Assembly (NCBI GenBank): GCA_022601595.1
Contig: JAJACI010000001.1
Location: forward strand, 66,536-130,535
Direction of reading: 5' to 3'
DNA: 64,000 nucleotides
DNA from: Chlamydiia bacterium
Lineage (GTDB): Bacteria > Chlamydiota > Chlamydiia > Chlamydiales > 2-12-FULL-49-11
Both the position numbers and the translations under genes were made by a program. A model generated the notes under the pieces. The model was not told the origin of the DNA, made no database searches, and was given only the letters and a program-made list of their open reading frames with translations. Positions 44,242-53,595 of the stretch are shown here, piece by piece. Numbering within the stretch: the first letter of the stretch is position 1; the number at the start of each line of letters is the position of its first letter.

Positions 44242-44437
44242 TTGGTTTAGACCACTGTATGCCGATCTAAAAATAAAATCAACCCTATTATTTCAAAAAT
44301 TAAAAAAAGAGTTTCTTATCCCCTAAATTATATGCATTTAGAAATACATCTCTTTTTTATAAATAAAACATTTAATTGATCGTTAAGAAGAAAAAATATA
44401 GAGTAGGAAAGTTGACATAACCACAAAAGGACACTGT

Positions 44438-45769
44438 ATGAATAAAGGAATAATCTCTGAAAAAGAGCTACTTAAGGTGAAAAAATGTTTATCCAAAGAC
44501 CTCTCTTTTAAATTGGCTTGTAATGCGGTAACAAGAGGAGATTTGCAGGATGTTGCCATGAATTGGGATCGTTTTTCTTTGATAGATCATACCTTTTCTC
44601 ATGTAGTAACACCTGAGCTTTCTGCAACAAGTCAGCATCATAGCGGTCGTTGTTGGATATTTTCTGCCTTAAATTTAATCCGCATTCCTTTTGCAAAAAA
44701 GTATAAACTGGAAGATTTTGAGTTCTCACAAAGTTATTTATTTTTCTTTGACAAGCTTGAAAGGACCAATTATTTCTTAGAAAATATATTAAGCACCTCA
44801 GACATGCCTGTAGATGGACGTCTTGTTTCTCATTTACTTAAAGATCCTGTTCAAGATGGCGGACAGTGGGATATGTTTGTTTCTCTTATCCAAAAATATG
44901 GTATTGTGCCAAAATCTATTTTCCCCGATAGCAAGGCCTCTTTAAATTCTCGATCGATCAACTATATTCTCAGCTATAAGTTAAGAGAGTGGGCAAAAAC
45001 CCTACGTGATTTAAAAGAAAAAAAAGCCTCTGATAAAACGCTTTCTGAAAAAAAAGATTTAATGATGAATGAAGCATTCAGGATAATCTCCATCCATATT
45101 GGGCATCCTCCTGAAAAATTTGATTGGGAGTATGTGGATAAAGATAAAAAATTTCACGCCTGCAGGAACCTTACACCAAAGACATTTTTCAAAAAGCATG
45201 TGAATTTCCCGCTTGATGAAATGGTTAGCCTTGTAAATAGCCCTAGAAAATCTACTCCTTATGGAAAGTCTTATACAGTGAAGTATTTGGGAAATGTAAT
45301 AGAGGGGCAAATAGTTCGTTATTTAAATGTAGAAACACATGTGATGAAAAAAGCTGCTATTGCGGCTATTAAAGATAACTCCCCTGTTTGGATAGGGTGT
45401 GATGTTGGTAAGTTTTTTCATAGAGGCCTCGGTGTAATGGATGCAGAACTGTACGAATACAAGCATTTATATGATACAGAATTTGATTTGGATAAAGGAG
45501 GAAGGCTTGATTATGGGGAGGCGCAGATAGCTCATGCAATGCTTTTTACGGGGGTGAATCTTGTAAATGGCAAGCCTACAAAGTGGCGCGTTGAAAATAG
45601 TTGGGGTGAAAAAAATGGTGACAAAGGATATTATATTATGACCGACAAATGGTTTGATGAATTCATGTTTTTGATCACTGTTCATAAAAAGTACCTTACC
45701 AAGAAGCTTCAGGATGAATATAAGGCTAAACCTCAGGTTGTTCCACCGTGGGATCCTTTGGGAGATTAG
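44438..45769 (+). CDS. pepC: Aminopeptidase C / bleomycin hydrolase family cysteine peptidase (C1B), copy 1
   Basis: The QHHSGRCWIFSALN catalytic Cys motif, HAMLFTGV (His) and ENSWG. Confidence 0.85.
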   Translation: MNKGIISEKELLKVKKCLSKDLSFKLACNAVTRGDLQDVAMNWDRFSLIDHTFSHVVTPELSATSQHHSGRCWIFSALNLIRIPFAKKYKLEDFEFSQSYLFFFDKLERTNYFLENILSTSDMPVDGRLVSHLLKDPVQDGGQWDMFVSLIQKYGIVPKSIFPDSKASLNSRSINYILSYKLREWAKTLRDLKEKKASDKTLSEKKDLMMNEAFRIISIHIGHPPEKFDWEYVDKDKKFHACRNLTPKTFFKKHVNFPLDEMVSLVNSPRKSTPYGKSYTVKYLGNVIEGQIVRYLNVETHVMKKAAIAAIKDNSPVWIGCDVGKFFHRGLGVMDAELYEYKHLYDTEFDLDKGGRLDYGEAQIAHAMLFTGVNLVNGKPTKWRVENSWGEKNGDKGYYIMTDKWFDEFMFLITVHKKYLTKKLQDEYKAKPQVVPPWDPLGD

Positions 45770-45854
45770 GTGTGTTTTAAGAAGAAAAAACTTTATCGTT
45801 AACGAAAAAAATAGTAAGGTAAAGGATGGTTATTTAATACAAAAGGATAGATAT

Positions 45855-47195
45855 ATGAGCAAAGGGAAAATTTCTGAGAAAGAGTTGGTTAAGATGAAAA
45901 ACAGTTTGGTAAAGGATCCTTCCTTTCGTTTAGCGCGTAATGCGGTAACAAGAGGAGATTTGCAAGATGTTGCTATGAATTGGGATCGTTTTGCTTTGCT
46001 TGATCATACCTTTTCAGAGATGGTATCACCAGAGCTTGCTGCAACCAGTCAGCATCAAAGTGGACGTTGTTGGCTTTTTGCTGCGATGAATTTAATGCGT
46101 ATCCCTTTTGCACGTAAGTACAAGTTAGAAAAGTTTGAGTTCTCACAAAGTTATTTATTTTTCTTTGACAAGTTGGAGAAAGCCAATTACTTTTTGGAGA
46201 ATATATTAAAAACAACGGATGAAGCATTTGATGGTCGTCTAGTATCTCATCTGCTCACCGATCCCCTTTCAGATGGCGGACAGTGGGATATGCTTGTCAA
46301 TATAATCAATAAATATGGTGTAGTGCCAAAATCCATTTTCCCAGATAGTAAAGCATCTTTAAACTCTCGTTCCATCAACTACATCTTAACTTTAAAATTA
46401 AGAGAATGGGCAAAGACTCTACGTGATTTAAAGGAGAAAAAAGCCTCTGATAAAAAGCTTTCGGAAACCAAAGATCTGATGATGAACGAGGCGTATAGAA
46501 TTATGGTCACCCATTTTGGGCAGCCTCCTGAAAAGTTTGATTGGGAATATGTGGATAAAAATAAAAAATTCCATGCACATAGAAATTTAACACCAAAGAC
46601 ATTTTTCAAAAAGCATGTGAATTTCCCGCTTGATGAGATGGTCTGCCTGGTCGATAGCCCAAGGAAATCCACCCCTTATAACAAAGCTTATACCGTGAAG
46701 TATCTTGGTAATGTTGTTGAGGGACAGGCTGTTCGTTATTTAAATGTAAAAATTGATGTGATGAAAAAGGCTGCTATTGCATCTATTAAAGATAACACCC
46801 CTGTGTGGTTTGGTTGTGATGTGGGCAAGTTTTTCCATAGAGATATTGGGGTGATGGATACAGAATTTTATGAATATGAGGATTTATATAACACCCGTTT
46901 TGAGCTGGATAAAGCTGGAAGGATGAACTTTGGTGAAAGTCAGATGACTCATGCGATGCTTTTTACTGGGGTGAACCTTGTAAACGGAAAGCCTACAAGG
47001 TGGCGTGTGGAAAATAGCTGGGGGAAAAAGAGCGGTGATAAGGGATATTTTATCATGACAGACAAATGGTTTGATGAGTTTATGTTTGAAATCGCTATCC
47101 ATAAAAAGTACCTTACTAAAAAGATTTGTGATGAATATAAAACAAAACCACAAGCGCTAGAACCTTGGGATCCTTTAGGCGCATTAGCTTATTGA
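45855..47195 (+). CDS. pepC: Aminopeptidase C / bleomycin hydrolase family cysteine peptidase (C1B), copy 2
   Basis: Colinear paralogue of copy 1 (QHQSGRCWLFAAMN, HAMLFTGV, ENSWG). Homology begins at MSKGKISEKEL (45855), so the tracked upstream extension from 45714 is rejected. Confidence 0.85.
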   Translation: MSKGKISEKELVKMKNSLVKDPSFRLARNAVTRGDLQDVAMNWDRFALLDHTFSEMVSPELAATSQHQSGRCWLFAAMNLMRIPFARKYKLEKFEFSQSYLFFFDKLEKANYFLENILKTTDEAFDGRLVSHLLTDPLSDGGQWDMLVNIINKYGVVPKSIFPDSKASLNSRSINYILTLKLREWAKTLRDLKEKKASDKKLSETKDLMMNEAYRIMVTHFGQPPEKFDWEYVDKNKKFHAHRNLTPKTFFKKHVNFPLDEMVCLVDSPRKSTPYNKAYTVKYLGNVVEGQAVRYLNVKIDVMKKAAIASIKDNTPVWFGCDVGKFFHRDIGVMDTEFYEYEDLYNTRFELDKAGRMNFGESQMTHAMLFTGVNLVNGKPTRWRVENSWGKKSGDKGYFIMTDKWFDEFMFEIAIHKKYLTKKICDEYKTKPQALEPWDPLGALAY

Positions 47196-49189
47196 AAAAA
47201 CGTCCACTGACGTTTGTCTGATTCTTTTAGCGTGTGCTTTTTAAAGATGTTGATTTTGTGGTAGGTAGAATTTTTACTATCGGGATAAAAAAGAAGTTTT
47301 TGCTCTCGGTATTTAATCTCATGCCTACCGCAAGATGTTTGTAGCTCAAAACCTTTTCCAAAATGAATAGCTGGAAGAAAAATTTCTACCGGATCATCTA
47401 TTTCTATGTCATGAGTAAAGCTACAAGTGAACTGACCAAGAAGTGCACAAAAAGAGTATGAGGTTAGCTTTCCTGGGGTTTTTATAGGATAAGGTCTTAC
47501 AATAGCCTCTTTGCCCCGAATCCCTGAGTAAGGACTTTCTGGTTTTTTGATTTGATCTGGGCTAAAGATTGAAAAATCTTCATTATTCCACAAGTCCCCT
47601 TTCTCATTAGAGTTTACAGAAGTATAATTCCAAATAATAGAAGAAACAAGCGTATCTTCAACTGCTTTAAATGATCTTTCTAGCCCTTCCTTCTGCTTAG
47701 TGAAGTTTCCATTTTTATATGCTTTTTTCCGATTTAAATCGAAAGGAATACCGAACTCGCTTAAAAGAAAGGGTACTTTCCCAAAATTCTTCTGCACTTT
47801 TCTCAGCAAGCGAAATATCTGCATAGAAAGGTTCTTCTGCACAAAATAAGGGAAACTAACGCGCACTTTCTGTGTAATCATATCTACTGCAATAAAACTC
47901 CACACCTTTCTCATTGAGATTACAAATGCATCATACCAATGCCCTGAAAACCCAATCTTAAATGGATAATTTTGTATTTTTGGAATAGGATGACCGGTAG
48001 CATGTTCGATAAATGAGATTTTACTTGCATCTACATCAGAAATCGCTTTACATACCTTTGCTACAAAAGGGAGGTAGAAATCTTGATTTGCAGAGCTGGT
48101 GGCAAAATAGTTCTTCCGAAGCAAGATGGGATTGCTATCTTTTCCATACCCCCAAATACCAAGGCTGCGCCAAATGCAAGTGCCCTTGTCCCATACTGTT
48201 TTTCCTTTTGGATTGAATGTCTTTGTATGGGTTGCTTTTAAACTAAAGAGCTTTTTCTCAAATATATCGATAGTTACAGGAATCCCTTCTGCTAAACCAA
48301 AACTTTGAAGGGGAAGCGGTGATGGCCCTAGACGAAAAAGACCTTGGTACTTACTAAGATCATTATTACCTATAAAACCAAGGTGTGGTTCGTTCATTAT
48401 ATCATATCCAATCACATGATTCATTTTTCTTAGTTTTTTTGCGCAGACCCTCACTGCATCTACATAACTATCCTGAAGGAAATCCTGCACATTTTGCCCA
48501 TCTACCTGTAGATCTGGAGCAAATGTATTTCCTCCAAAAAAAAGCGTATACATTGTCTTTACTGCATATCTATCTGCATTGGTAGCCCAAAACAAATGTC
48601 CTAAAGGGAACCTATCTTTATTCTTGTGGGAAATAGCTGCAAGAGTTGCCTCAAAATTCTCAACCTTCATCCCTAATTTTTCAAGTGTCCAATAGGGCGC
48701 TCCTGATCCCCCTGTAAAACGGGACCAAACATCTTGATGAAAATCTATAAGAACATAAAAATCATAACTTTCTGCTAGTGAAATAACGCTATGAAGGTAG
48801 TTAAGGTATTTTTTGTCATACTCCCCTGGCTTGTTTGGGCAGATCGCCTCCCATGGCACCACCCATCTTAGCAAATTAAAACCCAAATATTTTAGGCGAG
48901 TAAAATGAACGCCTGCCTCATTTAAAGGAAAAGGGGTATCCACAAATGATATTTCCCCCTTTTTTAAATGTTTTGTATCTGTTAATGGTATCTTAGCCGC
49001 AATATTTATCCCCCGAAAGGTTATGGTCCTTCCACTGGGATCAATAAATTCACCGTTTTTTGTTGTGACTATTTCCGATATAGAAGATTTCTCATAAAGC
49101 TTTTGAAGGGCAGAAAGAGACTCCTTTCCTATGATAGCCTCAGCTCCCAGCTCACATATGGAGTTTTTAATTAACCGTCTATGATACAT
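47189..49189 (-). CDS. Glycoside hydrolase family 5, glucosylceramidase / steryl-beta-glucosidase-like (EGCrP/Egh1-type)
   Basis: TFRGINIAAKIP, LLRWVVPWEAICP..PGEYDKKYLNYL, YVLIDFHQDVWSRFTGGSGAPYWT and DIMNEPH (the GH5 acid/base NEP). The pattern is recalled from fungal GH5_12 enzymes. Confidence 0.6.
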   Translation of the reverse strand: MYHRRLIKNSICELGAEAIIGKESLSALQKLYEKSSISEIVTTKNGEFIDPSGRTITFRGINIAAKIPLTDTKHLKKGEISFVDTPFPLNEAGVHFTRLKYLGFNLLRWVVPWEAICPNKPGEYDKKYLNYLHSVISLAESYDFYVLIDFHQDVWSRFTGGSGAPYWTLEKLGMKVENFEATLAAISHKNKDRFPLGHLFWATNADRYAVKTMYTLFFGGNTFAPDLQVDGQNVQDFLQDSYVDAVRVCAKKLRKMNHVIGYDIMNEPHLGFIGNNDLSKYQGLFRLGPSPLPLQSFGLAEGIPVTIDIFEKKLFSLKATHTKTFNPKGKTVWDKGTCIWRSLGIWGYGKDSNPILLRKNYFATSSANQDFYLPFVAKVCKAISDVDASKISFIEHATGHPIPKIQNYPFKIGFSGHWYDAFVISMRKVWSFIAVDMITQKVRVSFPYFVQKNLSMQIFRLLRKVQKNFGKVPFLLSEFGIPFDLNRKKAYKNGNFTKQKEGLERSFKAVEDTLVSSIIWNYTSVNSNEKGDLWNNEDFSIFSPDQIKKPESPYSGIRGKEAIVRPYPIKTPGKLTSYSFCALLGQFTCSFTHDIEIDDPVEIFLPAIHFGKGFELQTSCGRHEIKYREQKLLFYPDSKNSTYHKINIFKKHTLKESDKRQWTFFQ

Positions 49190-49250
49190 TGATTCTAATT
49201 ACCCATCTTTACCGCCGTCATCCCTGCTTTAGCACTATTTACCAGATAGT

Positions 49251-49601
49251 TCAATATATATTTACTCGCCAAATGAAGCGGTTTGTGATAAGCCCTGTTA
49301 CCCATACAGAAAAGGCCCCCCAAAAAAGGGCTGAGAAGGAATGGAAATGTACGCCGTAGGAAAGTTCTGATGCCAGGAAAAAGGTGAAAAAGTTAATAAC
49401 AAGGGTGAACAGGCCAAGGGTTAGAATGGTAATAGGCAGGGTTAATAATGTTAAGACAGGTCTGACCACCGCATTTATCGCACTTAATATTATTGCAAAA
49501 AAGAACGCATCGGTCCCATTATGAATCTCAAAACCAGGGATATAGCGCCCAATGAATAAGACTACAGCAAAGGTGATAAAAAACCGAAAAAGTAAAAACA
49601 T
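49251..49601 (-). CDS. Phage holin family 4 / DUF360 (YvlD-like) membrane protein
   Basis: Four TM segments. AIILSAINAVVRPVLTLLTLPITILTLGLFTLVINFF matches the YvlD-type core. Confidence 0.75.
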   Translation of the reverse strand: MFLLFRFFITFAVVLFIGRYIPGFEIHNGTDAFFFAIILSAINAVVRPVLTLLTLPITILTLGLFTLVINFFTFFLASELSYGVHFHSFSALFWGAFSVWVTGLITNRFIWRVNIY

Positions 49602-49603
49602 AT

Positions 49604-50122
49604 CTAGATCTCCCCTTCTAAAGCTTTTTGTAGAGCTTCAAAGTCTGGCATCTTAGAAATATTCTCAGTAAGCTCTGAATAGACCACCTTATCTGAATCG
49701 CTTAATAAGAGTATACTTCTAGCAAGAAGCCCATCTAAAGGGCCTGAGGCTATTTTTATCCCATAATTCTTAGAAAAGCCAGAACGAGATCTTAAGTCTG
49801 AAAGGAGAATGATATTATGCAAACTTGCCGACTTACAAAACCTCTCTAAGGCAAAAGGGAGGTCTTTGGAAATCACTAAAAATAAGACAGATGGATATTT
49901 GATTGCTAGATCATTAATCGCTTTTGATTCCAAAGCGCAAACAGATGTATCGATACTTGGTATGGTAGCCAGCACTTTTCTTTTTCCCTGGAAGCTTTCT
50001 AATGTTTTTGTCTCTAAATCACTTGCACATAGAGCAAAATCAGGAGCAAGATCCCCTTCCTTTAAGAAACTGCCCTCAATTTGCACCTCATTTCCATCTA
50101 AAGTAACCCTAGCCAAAAACAC
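49604..50122 (-). CDS. tpx: Thiol peroxidase
   Basis: GDLAPDFAL...FQGKRKVLATIPSIDTSVCALE, the Tpx peroxidatic Cys context. Confidence 0.85.
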   Translation of the reverse strand: MFLARVTLDGNEVQIEGSFLKEGDLAPDFALCASDLETKTLESFQGKRKVLATIPSIDTSVCALESKAINDLAIKYPSVLFLVISKDLPFALERFCKSASLHNIILLSDLRSRSGFSKNYGIKIASGPLDGLLARSILLLSDSDKVVYSELTENISKMPDFEALQKALEGEI

Positions 50123-50276
50123 CCCTCCTTTAGCTTCATCACTGACTATACCTGGATTTTAGCTCCGCAGCAAGAAAATTATTTATAAAGTTATACCCTG
50201 CTAACCCTCAGTAGCTTACCTTTTACCTTTTCTTAATATAAAGAATATGTTAAAATGTACTTCGAAAGAGGGTGCA

Positions 50277-50855
50277 ATGAACAAGAAACAACTGAAAAAT
50301 TATTTGGAAAAAGCGGAATATCTACAGGTTCTTATCAAAGGAGCTACGAAATCTCCAGCTCCATTTGGACACAAAATAAGCAAACCTAGCAGGTGTTTAA
50401 ACGCCTTAAGACCAACACCTTACCGATCGCATAACAAAAAAAAGCTCAGTGCCTTACTAAAATCCTCAGTCTTTGTAGAGATTTCCTTAACAGAGGCCTC
50501 CCCGGCAGATGATAATAACACAGTTAAAATAGCTGAGATTGCTAATGCCGTTGGGAATAGGCAGAATCTGCATCTTTTATACTATAAAATGGTCTACTAT
50601 TCGTCTAGGAAAAAGCCTTTATTCCAATGGAAGCGCCAGCAGACCTTTAACGCCCCCCTTAAACTTCAGAAAATGGCGCCCGTTTTAAAAGGAGCCTCCT
50701 CTAAGACTTTTATCGCTAAATTTTCAAAAATCACCAGCGCAGAAAGTGACTCATTAAAAGAGGGAAAGGAAACCATGGAAATCAATCAACTTGCGAGAGA
50801 GAGAGAGTTTTCTGAGCGTAGAAATTATAGAACATCTACACACCTTTACACATAA
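50277..50855 (+). CDS. Hypothetical basic protein (192 aa)
   Basis: ORF. The ATG at 50277 is preceded by GAGGGTG. No family recognised. Confidence 0.55.
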   Translation: MNKKQLKNYLEKAEYLQVLIKGATKSPAPFGHKISKPSRCLNALRPTPYRSHNKKKLSALLKSSVFVEISLTEASPADDNNTVKIAEIANAVGNRQNLHLLYYKMVYYSSRKKPLFQWKRQQTFNAPLKLQKMAPVLKGASSKTFIAKFSKITSAESDSLKEGKETMEINQLAREREFSERRNYRTSTHLYT

Positions 50856-51038
50856 TTAGCAGTTATATAATTTATATACGTTATTATCCTTTACTTATAA
50901 AACGCATGATGGTATAATAATCATATTAGTACTCCTCTTTAGAGGAGTGCTAGGGGGGATATGTTTTAGCCCTTTATGTGTCCCCCCATTTTTTTATTTC
51001 ACCCCCACTCACTCAATTATACAATAGAATCACCTCTC

Positions 51039-51063
51039 GGTTTGTTTATCAGAGTCTTCTTAA
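51039..51063. repeat. A-type element right-end fragment
   Basis: GGTTTGTTTATCAGAGTCTTCTTAA. Confidence 0.6.
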
Positions 51064-51087
51064 TTATTAGAAGCAAATTACTTTCGG

Positions 51088-51116
51088 TTGTAAAATAAAG
51101 TTTATTATGTTATAAT
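51088..51116 (+). promoter_or_regulatory. Sigma70-type promoter (TTGTAA-17-TATAAT) upstream of 51144..52391
   Basis: TTGTAA AATAAAGTTTATTATGT TATAAT, ~28 nt before the ATG. Confidence 0.45.
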
Positions 51117-51143
51117 ATTACTTTAATAACAAACGAGGTTCTT

Positions 51144-52391
51144 ATGCCAACCATATCACACTCTACAAGTAGCAGCAGTATCAATACAGTTAGCTCGGAC
51201 AGCGACAGAGCTTATCGCCCGCTTGGTCGTCATAGAAGAAAAAGCAGTCCATCACCTACAATAGAGGTACAAAAACCAACCTCAACAACTAAATCCATTA
51301 CTAAAGTAGCGCTTTCTGCCGCTCTATCGAATGCTGATAAAAAAGTACATTTAAATGAAAAAATAGAGATCCAAAAAGCAAAAATCCGCAAACTAGAAAA
51401 AAGATTAGCAAGGTATAAAAGTAGGCCGGAAAAATCCGACAAGCTATCTAAACTAGAGCAAAGAATTCAAAAAACCCATGTTAAGGTTGCAGCTCATGAA
51501 CAAACTCTTTCAAAACTTAACGCGACCATAGAGCAACGCATAGAAAAAGGTCTACCTGCAATTGCTGATATTCCGGTAGTGCCTTTAGAGGAAGAGGTCG
51601 TTAAAAAAGAGAAATCTATTTATAGTACCGTGAGGTTTTTTACAGAATTTAAAGACCAAACTCCTCTGATGCAAGTGATTCAAGTAATCTTCTCTGTGGC
51701 AATTTTAGCGGTACGTCTTCTAGTAGATGGTTTAGTTTTTATTACCAATACTTATGTAGATGGAGTTTTGGAAGGTAAGATAAGAAATGGAACACTAACA
51801 AAACTGGTTGTTAAGACTGGAGTGGATACCCTTTCTGACCCTGAACTAGTACAAACAATTATTGATACAGGCGAAAAACTTATAGAATCCTTGGGAGATA
51901 AAGCCTCTGTAGTGATTGTTGCATTACTTAGAAATAAAGCAACTCTCAGCGCTATTGAAGATGCTCTTTCTAGATTGATCAAAAATCCAGATATAGAACA
52001 AGGTATTGCGGGTCTTATTGGCTCTGAAAAAATCAAAACTGCAGTAAGAGGGTTTATCCAAGATCAAGGAGAAACGCTGACTGGTGTAGCCAAGCGCGCC
52101 CTTACAGACAAAGAACTAGAGGCTCTTATTATATGTTTTCTTCGTAAGCTTCTTGGTGATTCTGCAACAGGCATGGCGATAAGAGTTGCTGATAACGTAA
52201 CATTAGGAGTGGGTGGAAAGCTTGTACAAGGGGCAGGAGCGGTTAAAGATGCGGCTGGATCAGCAGCAAGCAGGCTTCGATCAGGAGCAGGCGCGATTCG
52301 ATCAACCGCCACGCAGTTTGTTAGAAATAGGTTGGGACTCATAAGCCCGCCATCAGAGACCGCTACATCTCGTCCAAGCGGAGAGGCTTAA
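51144..52391 (+). CDS. Hypothetical protein (415 aa): Ser-rich disordered N-terminus, coiled coil, hydrophobic segment; effector/Inc-like
   Basis: MPTISHSTSSSSINTVSSDSD..., Lys-rich heptads (KIRKLEKRLARYK...), the hydrophobic LMQVIQVIFSVAILAVRLLVDGLVFI and a Gly/Ala-rich tail. Confidence 0.65.
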   Translation: MPTISHSTSSSSINTVSSDSDRAYRPLGRHRRKSSPSPTIEVQKPTSTTKSITKVALSAALSNADKKVHLNEKIEIQKAKIRKLEKRLARYKSRPEKSDKLSKLEQRIQKTHVKVAAHEQTLSKLNATIEQRIEKGLPAIADIPVVPLEEEVVKKEKSIYSTVRFFTEFKDQTPLMQVIQVIFSVAILAVRLLVDGLVFITNTYVDGVLEGKIRNGTLTKLVVKTGVDTLSDPELVQTIIDTGEKLIESLGDKASVVIVALLRNKATLSAIEDALSRLIKNPDIEQGIAGLIGSEKIKTAVRGFIQDQGETLTGVAKRALTDKELEALIICFLRKLLGDSATGMAIRVADNVTLGVGGKLVQGAGAVKDAAGSAASRLRSGAGAIRSTATQFVRNRLGLISPPSETATSRPSGEA

Positions 52392-52393
52392 TA

Positions 52394-53431
52394 ATGAATA
52401 AAGTTGATCAATTAGTAGGACGCTCTGTAGGTATTAATATTGAAGAAAAGAAGCCTGCTAAAAAACATAGCACTACACTCATGCATTTAATCGGGGAAAT
52501 TCGGAATAAAGAGAATTCTACCGCAAGAAAGGTTGGTGAGAGTGTCGTTTTAGTTCTTTATTTTTTGAGCGGTCTTTTTTTAGCAGAAGCCCTTGGCTGT
52601 CTAGGAAATTGGATGTGGAGTGAGATCAAAAGAGGTCTCTCAAACCATAAAAGAACAGCTGAATTAAAAAATATCCTTATAAATGATGTCAAAACTAAAG
52701 CTACAAAAGCAATCCGCCCTTTAGCTTACGATATTCTTAACAAGCTTATGAGCAGACCTAAAGTGGTAGAGACCATTGATTATGTTACATCCCTTGGTGT
52801 GGCCACAGGAACAGGTGCCCTGAAAGACGTGCTCAATGGAAGGGTGTTTTGTGACGCTAAAAAGGTAGCTATTGATTCGGTTATGGGCAACTTAGGAGAG
52901 ACTGGAAATACAGTTTTAAAAGACTTCAACACCGTGTTTGGAATAGCAGAGAAACCCGCGGCTACAACGCCTCCGGCTGCAGATAAAGCGAAGCCTGAAG
53001 CAAAGAATCCGTCTGTTGAAAAAGTAAAAAAAATCATTTTTGATGAGCTTGAGACACTTGTTATGCAACCATTTTATACGATACTTGGTAACGCTTCTGA
53101 TGCGGTTAAGGCGGCTTTTTTGGGAACATCGGAAAAAGAGGAGATCGCTCCTATAAAACCTACCGCTACTGCTAAAGTTAAGACTCCAGAGGAAGACAAC
53201 ACTGCTGCATTAGAGTCTCAAGGTGCGCAAATGGTAAGTTGGTTGAAAGCGCTTGTTAAAGAAACACCTGGAAGTGATGCTCCAAAACAAGGTCCTGTTG
53301 TTACTAAAGTAGTACCGACACCCACAACTGGAGCAATACCTGAAATAAATGCAATAAAGGACAAATTTCTTGCAAATTTAAAGAAACAGGCTCCATGGCA
53401 TGTGCGATATTTTTTAGGGCAACTCTATTAA
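52394..53431 (+). CDS. Hypothetical protein (345 aa) with one hydrophobic hairpin-like segment and a Pro/Ala/Lys-rich region
   Basis: GGAGAGG SD, with the start 2 nt after the upstream stop. VVLVLYFLSGLFLAEALGCLGNWMW. The stop TAA is the first TAA of element A9. Confidence 0.65.
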   Translation: MNKVDQLVGRSVGINIEEKKPAKKHSTTLMHLIGEIRNKENSTARKVGESVVLVLYFLSGLFLAEALGCLGNWMWSEIKRGLSNHKRTAELKNILINDVKTKATKAIRPLAYDILNKLMSRPKVVETIDYVTSLGVATGTGALKDVLNGRVFCDAKKVAIDSVMGNLGETGNTVLKDFNTVFGIAEKPAATTPPAADKAKPEAKNPSVEKVKKIIFDELETLVMQPFYTILGNASDAVKAAFLGTSEKEEIAPIKPTATAKVKTPEEDNTAALESQGAQMVSWLKALVKETPGSDAPKQGPVVTKVVPTPTTGAIPEINAIKDKFLANLKKQAPWHVRYFLGQLY

Positions 53432-53595
53432 GGAGACTCTGATAAACGGACAGTTTTATAATCTCCCAGATTTCTTATCAATCCTATTTTTCGTGGCGCC
53501 CCATCCCTACAGGGATGCCGCTTACTCCAAAATAAAATTCATTTCAAAAAATCTGAAAAGATTCTAAAAGGTGTAGTTTATCAGAGTCTCCTTAA
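53428..53595 (-). mobile_element. MITE-like palindromic element, subfamily A, copy A9
   Basis: TTAAGGAGACTCTGATAAACGGACAG ... GTGTAGTTTATCAGAGTCTCCTTAA with centre CATCCC-TACA-GGGATG. Confidence 0.9.

Noticed and set aside
45714-45854. 47-codon N-terminal extension of the second pepC ORF in the track.
   Set aside because: Homology to the first pepC copy begins at MSKGKISEKEL (45855). The extension overlaps the end of copy 1 and has no counterpart there.
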